Assembly: GCA_001179505.1 (NCBI GenBank)
Contig: CDMY01000209.1
Span: 62,001-125,788, forward strand
DNA length: 63,788 bases
From: Vitrella brassicaformis CCMP3155
Lineage: Eukaryota; Protista; Chromerida
Reading direction: 5' to 3'
The notes below the pieces were generated by a model, which was given only the letters and a program-made list of their open reading frames with translations, searched no databases and was not told where the DNA came from. A program made the position numbers and the translations under genes. Below, piece after piece: positions 50,101 to 63,788 of the stretch (positions are counted from its first letter, which is position 1; every line of letters begins with the position of its first letter).

Positions 50101-50703
50101 TGTCTGACTGACCTCTGTCACAGTCTGTGGAATACTTGCTTCCCGAGACCACCACCTCCTCATGGTTGCCTGCCGTGTCCACCCATATCGCCTCCTCCCT
50201 CCCCGCATTCGACGTCTTGTAGTAGCACCCACCCCTCTCATCAGACAATTTGCCGTAGCTCCAGAACAAACACCGTTCGTCGTATTGACAGCCCCTCTGA
50301 CAGTCGCTGGTTCACACGATGAATGGAACCAACGAGATGCATGAAAACCGTGAGAGAGCGTGCTGCCTGCGCTTACTAGGGGCCTCTGATGTTAATGTTG
50401 GGTTGGGCGTCGTCGACGTCGTATCCCCTGAAGAATGTGTCCCATTCCCAACACGTCGGCTCCTCGGGCATCTTGAACACATCGAATGCTGATTCAGAAC
50501 CTTCAGAACCATTGCCTCCCCCGTCTTGAAGCTCACGGACGCCTGCCAGAGGCCAGATTCACACACTCTTACCAACAGACCACCAGAACGCTTGATCGCT
50601 GCTTCCTACCGTTGACTGCCTGTATGGCAAGCACAACACAAGCGCCAAAGATCAAGCCAAAGATAAGCCCAGCCGGCCGCATCAAGCGCTGCATCCTGCG
50701 CAT
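47170..50703 (-). CDS. Divergent paralogue: putative PAN/apple plus multi-pass membrane protein (gene 2)
   Basis: Hydrophobic leader (AGLIFGLIFGACVVLAIQA), apple-like FWSYGKLSDERGGCYYKTS, several TM segments, and ELLSLVGDVPICIVQ| with the same intron position as EDIPQVALQ| in gene 1. Confidence 0.65.
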
Positions 50704-51121
50704 CCTCCACCCAAGTGCGGGAGGTCCGAGGAAGATGCTGCTTGGGGGGGATGCTGATTGCGCTTCAGGAAGCCCTGTTGCCTCTCCACTAAATGAATGC
50801 AAGGGTTACAAACCTTCACAGGGTTACAAACCTTACCCTGTAGCCCCTCAAGCCCTTTGGCTCGCCGCCCTCATGCAGATGTCAAGCACAAAGCGGAAGG
50901 CTTAGCACCACCGTCTCAAGGCCACGCTCTAATTAGTCAGTCTTGCTAATTGGGCCACCTCGTGTGGCACGGCAGCATCCCATCAGCCCCCCTACCAATT
51001 ACACGCACGCCCTCATTCACCACATGCATGTCGACTGTGCAATGCGCACCTACCGCTACACACTACACACATATATGCGTCCTGCCTGCCTGCCTGCCTG
51101 CCTGCTGTCCTAGCTACGCCA

Positions 51122-54100
51122 TCACGTGACGGTGACTGTCTTGGCCAGCCCTCGAGGCTTGTCCGGGTTGATCTCTCTGGACACACACACAAGAAGCCGC
51201 ACAGGCATCCATCTATCTATGTGTTTCTGCCCCTCCCTCCCGCCCACCTAATGAGGGCCAGTGCGTATGCGATGAGTTGCAGGGGGATGACGGCGAGGAG
51301 TGCGGTGAGCGGCCCGTTGGACGGGATGACTATGACGTCGTCGGCGACCTCCTGCACCATGGCCGGGTCGTCGGTGATGCAGATCAGGTGGGCGCCACGC
51401 GCTCGCACCTGCTGGGCGGCGTTGATCATCAGAGGCGCATGCTGGTCGCCGAGCACCAACAGGATCACTGATTGCGGCACAAGAAATATCGTGGAGTGAG
51501 AGGTGACTTATGATGCTTTTATGTGTGTAGGTACCTGGGGTCCTGGCATTCTCGTCGATGAGGGCGAATGGACCGTGCTTGAGCGCGCCCCCAGCAAACC
51601 TGCAAAGCGAAAGGCAAGAGATGGCATGAAGGGGCCGCCCAACGAGTGTGTGTGTGTGTGTGTGATGGGTGTGCTGACCCTTCTGCGTGTACGTAAGATA
51701 TCTCTTTGATCTTGAGTGCGCCCTCGAGGGCCACCGGGAAGGCGAACCCCTTGCCTGCAACACACCACGCGCCGGCAAAACACATAGACAAGCTGACATT
51801 TCGTTTCGTCTCTCTGTGCGTTGCCCGCCCGCTCTTACCCAGCACGAATATCGTCGACGCGTCCCTGATCTTGTGGGCTATCTGCCTGCACAAAGCACAC
51901 ACCGACACAAACAAGGGCATGATTAAGTCAGCATGTGTATCTGCCTTGGCCTTTCGCCTCGACTCACATGGCCTGGTCTCTGCAGTGGAGGGTCATCCCA
52001 GCATATACCGGCAGACGGTGAACTGACGCACATCAAACATGTCAGAAGTGGACGACGGACCTCTTTCTGTCCCTGTGTGTGTCTCGTGTCGTCTCACTGG
52101 CGTCCATGAGCAGTTGTCTCCTGTCGGGGAATCGTATCTTCTCCCTCTCCTGTGCGAACCACGCCGCGATGAGCGACAGCACCGTCACCTGGGACGAGAA
52201 CGCCTTGGTCGAAGCTACCGCTACCTCACGACCTGCACACACAGAGACAGGCAAGACCGCCGTGTGGGCGCACCTTTTTCTCTCTCTCCCTCCCTCTCTC
52301 TCTCTCTCTCTCTGCGTGTGTACCGGCGTTGAGATAAACACCGCAGTTGGTAAGCCTGGCGAGAAGGGACCCGACGACATTGACGATCGAGAACTTGGTC
52401 ACGTTGGCCTGATCGGCTACGTTGCACGCCCTGCGGAATAAAGAGGGACAGAGGGGACACACCATGATGCACTTGAGTGCATTCGGTGAGAATGAAAACT
52501 ATGTGTGCAGGCTGCTGATGGCTCACCTGACGGTGTCTAGGGTCTCTCCCGACTGTGACACCAGGAGCACACCTGACATGAGCCCAACAGGCCGATGAGA
52601 TGGTTGGAGGGAGAAGGTGTGTGAAAGCGCTTTCGTGTGTGCGTTTACCGGCGTTTTCCTTTGGGAATGTGTTGAGGTCCACTTCGCTCGCATCCACGGC
52701 CTTCACCTGACCCACCAATGGATGGATGGATAGACGACATACACAGATGAGAGTGTTGTGTTGTGTGTGCCTCTCCCTCCCCCCGTCCCTCCCTCCCTCG
52801 CTGCCAGACTTACCGTGTCGAAGCACTTCAGCCACTGCATGATGAGCTCGCCGTAGATACTCGCGTACAGGGACGTGCCGCACCCAGTCACCACCAAGTT
52901 GCTGACAAACACACACACATCAACTCATGCCATACTCACGTTTACAGACGGCTTCTCGGTCTCATGACAGTACCGTATCGACGCCATTCGCTCTCGGTTG
53001 TCGTCCATACCACCCAGCTTGACCCTGCAAACAACAAATGGGACAACGGATTATACATCCTTGGTTCTCGCGTCCTCTGTCTTGTGCATTAGCTACCGGT
53101 TCTGCAACGCAGAGAGCCGTCCACCGTAGTTGAGGGCCCCTGACGACCACACACAGAAACATGAGTATGCGCCATCCCTCCGTGCGTCTGTCTTACTTGC
53201 GAGGCTTTGTGGCTGCTCGAATATCTCCTTCTCCGTCCAGTGTGCGTAGGGTGCGGGCGATGTCTCCACCTTCTCCATCTTGATGTGCTGCATCGGCCTG
53301 CATCACACAAATCACAGCGGGTCGTGCACCGACAAGAGGGCGCCTTGTCTGTTGTCATACCTGGTGGCCGACAGGTGTGCGATGCCCGCTCTCGTAACGA
53401 CCGCGATCTCGCCATCCTTCAACGTCAAATACTCTGGCCCAAGAGACAACACACGCTCCTCATTGACATGTTTGTGCGGCTCGTTGTGTGTGTGTGTGTG
53501 TGTGTGTGCGTTGCATTCTCTCACGGTTTGTGTGTCTTGACAGGGCCGCCGCCTCGGATGCCACGAACACCTCTCCCTCAGTGCTGCCTGCATCCACGCA
53601 GAAGGCAACCATAATTAGTCGACCGATGTCTGCGTCCTGTCCACAACAGCTGTGAGAGCGTACCAACGAGCAGCGGGGATCCGTTTCTCGCGAGGACTAT
53701 GCGGTCGGGGTAGTCACGATGCACTATCGCTAAACCCCAAGTGCCTGCATAGACGCGTCCATCATCCAAATGAGTGGGCGGAGTGCATGTGCAGTCCTGG
53801 TCACCTTGCAGCTCGAGCACTGCTCGTGTGACGGCTGGCTCGAAGTCGTCGCCCTCGTCCATGAACTGATCACACACAGACACAGACGCCACGCACGCAC
53901 AGACATCCGTGCATAGGGCAGAACAGCCTTCTTCCTCTCTCTCCCGTGCTCCCATTCCTACGTTGCTGATGAGGTTGGCGATCACTTCGGTGTCGGTCTC
54001 ACTCCTGCAGAGGCACACAGGAGGAGGAAGCATTCATCACTGTGCATCCACCTTGTCTTGTCTCATTGTGGCTACCCACCTGAATACGATTCCCTTGTCG

Positions 54101-55102
54101 AGCAGCTTCTTCTTGAGGACGCTGTAGTTCTCTATCGTACCGTTGTGAACCAAACTCAGGCGGTCTTTCTGCACCATATCGACACATACACATCAGCAGG
54201 GATCCGTCCATGTCATCCATCCATCCATCCATCTGTGCACCGCTCACGTAGTCTTGGTGTGGGTGTGCGTTGGTGTCGGTCTTGGCGCCGTGAGTTGCCC
54301 TGAACGAAGAAAACCAAATGAAAGGCCAAACAGACGTTTCGCTTTGCCACACGGTAATGACTGGCTGACCATCGTGTGTGGGCGATCCCTATCTTGTGGC
54401 CGCCGTGCATCTGGACACAGACACATCCACGTAAACGCAGGTCACGTCGATGTCGGCCACACTCTATGTACCGGTGGCGATTCTCGTTCGAGTATGTCGA
54501 TGGAGTCGTGTGTGCTGCCCTTGCTCGCGAATTTGGTCGTGAGCAGCTTGCCCTCGTTGATCGTCGTGATGCCTGACCATAACACAACCAACCACACACA
54601 ACATGAGCGGTGAAGGACACCAAGTTCATCCCCACTATCCCTCCGCCCACCCACCGCATGAGTCGTAACCCCTGTTCTGCAGAATCGAGATGCCTGCAGC
54701 GCAGACAGCACAATCCACACACAACGAGATCACACACAGAGTGCGTCATCTCCCCACCCTCCCTCACCCCCCCTCACCTTCCATGAGGACCGGCTGCACA
54801 TCTTTCTGGCCAATGTAGGCCACGATGCCGCAGCAGTTGGCCGGTGGCCGCCGCCACTTCTCACTCCACCACGCGTACCCGCCATAAGCCAGCAACGCTC
54901 CGCCCACCGACGATGCCCAGCCGGGCACGCTCCCGTCACCGCTCCGGCCGCAACGCTCGCCGCCGTCGCTGTTTTCGCGAAAACGGTGGCCGCTTGCCGC
55001 CTGTGCTGGCGCACAGGTTGCCAGGGATGCACTGGTGGTGGGAAAGCGGCAAAGCAGCCGCAGATGAGCCGCTGTCGCCGCTGTGCGAATGCACCGATCC
55101 AT
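51122..55102 (-). CDS. GFAT: Glutamine:fructose-6-phosphate aminotransferase (isomerizing) with a 90-aa N-terminal extension
   Basis: [85 protein letters not shown] and the terminal [15 protein letters not shown]. Confidence 0.96.
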
Positions 55103-55217
55103 AGCGATGATCCGCACCGGATGAAGGATATCTGCGTGTCAGACTACGTCCACATGCCCTCAGAAGGGCGCGAAAGCCGCTTCCTGGCGGTTTCAGGGAG
55201 CATCCTCTTCCTAATTT

Positions 55218-55247
55218 TGCGAGCTACTAGTCGCCATCTGCGAGCTT
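55218..55247. promoter_or_regulatory. Two direct copies of TGCGAGCTW in the GFAT / H+-PPase bidirectional promoter
   Basis: TGCGAGCTA at ~55218 and TGCGAGCTT at ~55239, between ATGs at 55102 and 55358. Confidence 0.55.
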
Positions 55248-55357
55248 GGTTGAGCCGCCAAGTCCCATCTTGCACGACGCCTGCAAGCAGCTCAAAGCGC
55301 TTCACACGCACGAGGACCGCACAGATCCCAGCCTGATCTGAGTGAGGTTCAGCGACA

Positions 55358-59398
<4,041 letters not shown>

Positions 59399-60659
59399 TG
59401 ATCGATCGGCACAATACAAATGACTGACAGCAAGTACGTGAACGTGACTGTTTAGGTTGTACGTTCGTGAGCGAGTGCATGAATGCATGGGTGCCTATCT
59501 AACCGGATGTCTGACTGTCTGCCTTCTGCCCGACATGTGATCTGTTACTCTCGCCCCTCTCGCTTTTGATTTCTCTCTTGGTGTCGTCTGCCTGCCTGCC
59601 TGTCTGTCTGGCTGTCTGAACGTACCTACCGTGTCTCACTCGTTCATTCACACAGCCGTCCTTCCCGTCTCTGGATGCTCTCCTTTTTCTTCTCTATTTG
59701 TCAATCAGCAAGGCCTGACACACAATACAACACAACACATCACATCACAGGCACCCCTCTTAAGCACATGGCAGTGGGGACAGTAAGGGTAAGTGTCGGT
59801 CGCTCGTGCGCAGAGGAAGAGAGCATCCGTGAGGAGAGAGGTGTCCGGTCGGTGAGTGATTCGTTTTTGTCGGCACACGTACACATACATACACACACTC
59901 ATGCGTACATGTTCGTGCGTACTTGTACGGTCTACACGTGTATGGAACCATACAGACAAACTGAGTGGATCGACCGGCAACGGCGACACACATATACACA
60001 CTTTTCACAGATCTGGTTGGAGAGATTGGTTGGATGCGTGTACGGATGTGGTTGCTGCAGTGATTGCTTCACAAGTCACACGGCGTGGTGCGTTCAAGGG
60101 AGCCACTCGCTGCTGCATGTCGGTCGGTCGGTCGGTCAATTTTCGGTCCTCATCCATAGGGCGTCCGCACCGTGCTTCTCTGTCAGTCTGTCAGTCTGTC
60201 TGTCTGCTGCGTCGCTCTCGCGTCTATCGGGCTGCGGTTTGCTTCACATGAACACAACAGTTCACTCTTTGCTTTTCTGTAAGGACAAGATCACCACACA
60301 CACACAACAACAAGATTGTTCCAACTCTTCTGGGCTGGCAGACAGGGGATGAGCGCATCCACCATTTTTCTGCTTACTCGAATGGCCGAATGGGGGGGGA
60401 CGGGAGACAGAATGCCTCTGGGTTCTTCTCTGCGCTTCTCGCCTGCTCACACGGGGGGAGGGAGGCTATTTTTCCTGTCAATACTACACTCATCCCCTAT
60501 TGATGTATACAGCATTAATACAGCAGCATCCACACACATTGACAGAGCGGGTGGACAGACAGACAGACAAGCACAGAAGGCCGGTAGGCTTCATTTTATC
60601 GGAACAAGAAGTTTTTGGTTGCTTTGAGGAGAGGAGCGAGCGGGGAGGGGGGGGGGGGG

Positions 60660-60959
60660 NNNNNNNNNNNNNNNNNNNNNNNNNNNNNNNNNNNNNNNNN
60701 NNNNNNNNNNNNNNNNNNNNNNNNNNNNNNNNNNNNNNNNNNNNNNNNNNNNNNNNNNNNNNNNNNNNNNNNNNNNNNNNNNNNNNNNNNNNNNNNNNNN
60801 NNNNNNNNNNNNNNNNNNNNNNNNNNNNNNNNNNNNNNNNNNNNNNNNNNNNNNNNNNNNNNNNNNNNNNNNNNNNNNNNNNNNNNNNNNNNNNNNNNNN
60901 NNNNNNNNNNNNNNNNNNNNNNNNNNNNNNNNNNNNNNNNNNNNNNNNNNNNNNNNNNN
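60660..60959. other. Assembly gap (300 N) flanked by poly-G runs
   Basis: Visible run of n with G homopolymers on both sides. Confidence 0.99.
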
Positions 60960-61922
60960 GGGGGGGGGGGGGCGGTTAGTTTGCTTATTTTTTGTGGGTC
61001 ACCTACTCCAAAGAGTTTTGTTACAGACAGCACAACACGAAGACATAAGAGAGCATCGATCGCGAAAGGAAAGGGGCAAAGTGTGCTGTGTCGATTTTGT
61101 TCTCATCATCCGATCCAGTGCGCGGCTTACTTTCACTTGAAGAAGTTGGCTTATTTTTGCTTTGTCTTCGTGTCGCGTGCTATATTGTGTTGTGTCGTGT
61201 CGTTTCGTGAGTCCATGTGCGTGTGGTCGGGGGAGGGGCTGTGGGTGGATCATCAAGCAGAGAGGAAGAGAAGGTGGTGAGTCCATTTTGATGGCGGTCA
61301 CCTTGTGAGCCAACGAGTCGATCTGTGATCTGTCGATGCACTGCACAGTGTTGCTGGGACAGCCTGTTGGTCGTGAGCTGTGCTGTTCGATGCCGAATGG
61401 AGATGAACGGGGTCAGTCACTCTCGATTGGCTGACTTTCTGCATCTCCACACGGCAGCCGACAGTACACACGGCACACCACCGAGGCTCGCCCTATCACC
61501 ACCAATAGCCACAGGATGGGAAAAGAACCAAAGTCCGATGCGTGAGTGTATGTGTGTGTGTTGATTGCACATGGATAGATAGATGCGCATGGATGGTCGA
61601 GTCGACTCTCGCAGAGAGCAAATTAACCTGCCTTGATGTTCGATGACGTGACCTGACTGGCAATTAGACAAGGAACAAAGGAACCAAGGAGCTCCTGCTG
61701 GTTGAATGCGTAGGCCTGCCACACCGACTGGTCATACTGGCTGGCTGGCTGCCAGTCAAGAGGGATGTCCTGCCTGCCTGCCTGCCTGGCTGGGTACTAC
61801 TGGCTGATTGTTTCATGGCCATGGACATGGCTTATTGTAACTGATGGCAAGATGGACATGTGCCGCGTGCACGTGTGCTCTAAGATTCTGTAACTTCAAC
61901 TCTCGTAGCCTACAGATGTCTT

Positions 61923-63338
61923 TCAACCGTCCAGCCCGTCAAAGCAGACTCCAGTCTCCTCTTGTTCCCTCTCATCTCGCGTCTCGTCCACCTCAGTTCT
62001 CGTGCGCACGAAATTCCCTTTGAATTGGCCGCTCACGTGCGAAGGCTCAGTGGCAAACACACTGAGACACAGACAGACAGACAGACAGACACGATCTATG
62101 TCAGCAAGAAAGCAGCAAAGAGACACCTTTACCTGCCAAAGTGATTGCAGTAGGCGACTGCGTCTCTGAAGTACAGCTCCCTTGATTTCTTGCCCAGAGC
62201 AGTCCATTCATGCTGAGGTTCATTGCGCTTTTTCCAGGTGCGTGGCTTCGAAGTATGGGACCACTGGTCTTCCCTGAACGGCGACGCGTCACCTTCAATC
62301 GACGCGATTTTGGCGAGAGATTCCACTGCCTTGGTGACTCTCTCTGTGTCCCGCATTCCGTCCTGGCAGTATTCTCTCATCGCGTCGTATGTGGTTTCAA
62401 GAAGGGGCTGGACTGATTTATCCTTCTTGCCAGGTAGACAGCCACGTTGCCACGATACCTTGTGGTCGAACGAGTTCGAAGGGTCATGTGTGCGATGGCC
62501 AGAGGGAGGCCCGCGAACGAGATTACCTGCGTACACAGCGAATTGGAGAGCAAACAAGAGGTGGAGCCGCCGCTCCTCACTACGCACACAGTGTGAGAGC
62601 TTACCAGGCATCCAGGTCAGGCTGTACGCGAACTTGCCGCTATATTCCAGTTCTGTTGTGCGACCCTCCAGCATGTCTTCCAGCCAGTTCTGCCACGCTG
62701 AGACATGATCCGGCTTGACTGGACTCTCGAACGCGTAGCCTGCATTTATCAGAGGATGGCTGTAACATACATGGACTTATTCTCAACCATAGGACTTGCC
62801 TTCTGCGTGATCGATGAGACTGCAGCCACCAACATATATATACAGGCATACATACATACAGGCATACATACAGACAGACAGAGACTCATTCGTATGTCGT
62901 GTTCCTTCATTCCCTCCCTTCCGCCTGCCCACTCACCTTCGGATCAGCGGGGTGGCCAGCTTCAGGTGGGCTGATGAGCAAACAAGGAGGTCCCACCAAT
63001 CGACAATCAAGCTCTGCAGGTACGTGATAATTGACCCATCTGATAATCAGACAACACGTCGCCGGGAGCAGCCGCCAAACCTTGGGAATGACATGGTGAT
63101 ATCCCTGCTCAATCGGTGATGTCTAGTTTGTCTCCTTTGTGAACGGCCGACATTTGATCTTGTTCTTCTTTATCTGAAGCGCCAGCCCCTCATCGCTGCA
63201 CTCTACCTTGTCTCCGCCGGGGCACTTGGTGAAAGGGGTCTCGGAAAGGTCAACGAAGTGGGGAGAGGCTGGTGCCGTCGCGAAGATAAGGAAGACGAGA
63301 GCCGTGACGCGCAGACAAATTGAGGTAGACAGAACCAT
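61923..63338 (-). CDS. Orphan multi-exon protein with a predicted signal peptide; first exon junctions unresolved
   Basis: Leader MVLSTSICLRVTALVFLIFATAPA. Downstream exons join in phase (SLIVDWWDLLVC...|SLIDHAEGKSY|GYAFESP...WMP|GNLVRG...AYCNHFG). No family recognised. Confidence 0.5.
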
Positions 63339-63788
63339 CAGATCGGCGCTAAGACTCGATTGCCATGTGGCCCCCATGCGGCCAAGGTATCCTCGCCGAC
63401 AACTCGACTTCTCGATTCATTCATTCATTCATTCATCAAGCGTCTCCTATGAACGCATGAGCATCCATGGAAACGGTCTAGCAGCCCTGCAAAACGAGGC
63501 AGAGACCAGGGCGGCGAGTCCGGCTCACCAAGGTCTCCCTTGGCTACCCCTGGGTTTCGGAGAAAAATGCCAGTCCGTTTTCACCCCGATGGCGCGGGGC
63601 TGCCCATGCTTGTATATGTCCCCCGGGCGAGGGGACACCCTGCTTGTATACTTCCCCCGGGCCAGGGGAGGTAGTGTGCCAAGTATATGTGGTGGGGGTG
63701 CGTGTACGCGTCTGTCTCGCGCTTCGTGTTCGTGTTGTGTGTGTACAGGTATGTGTTCATCTCTGTCTGTCATCTCCCCTCCTTCCCT

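Noticed and set aside
59675-61720. ORFs around the N gap
   Set aside because: They are microsatellite-derived translations or artefacts of reading through Ns.

Overview
Eukaryotic, GC-rich, gene-dense and intron-rich genomic DNA. The many short GT-AG introns filled with AC/AGAC microsatellites, ApiAP2-like domains and bipartite plastid-type leader point to a chromerid alveolate, most likely Vitrella brassicaformis (inference, no database search). About 21 multi-exon genes can be reconstructed by hand: a partial gene at the left edge, a WD40 protein, a plastid-type glutaredoxin 2 (GrxB), an orphan SAM methyltransferase, an ankyrin protein, three paralogues of a class I glutamine amidotransferase-like family, an AP2-like factor, a J-domain protein, a pseudokinase, DNAJC2/zuotin-like, a PH-domain protein, a CFAP276-like ciliary protein, an ankyrin-TRP channel, GPI-specific phospholipase D, two PAN/apple + multi-pass membrane proteins, GFAT, a V-type H+-PPase and an orphan secreted protein. 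No rRNA, tRNA, CRISPR array or autonomous transposon was seen. There is one 300-N assembly gap. The most interesting signals are: (1) a WAGCTCGCA motif, sometimes palindromic, recurring just upstream of start codons, mostly in head-to-head promoters; (2) an inverted copy of a paralogue's 3' end that makes a 45-bp hairpin across a stop codon; (3) PAN/apple-EDIPQ membrane genes, each followed by the same ~1.1-1.3 kb hairpin-bearing repeat; (4) a GFAT whose catalytic Cys1 sits behind a 90-aa targeting-like leader; (5) a non-coding triple repeat with an invariant 21-nt stem-loop. All exon structures are manual, all family calls rest on remembered motifs, and some gene ends are approximate.
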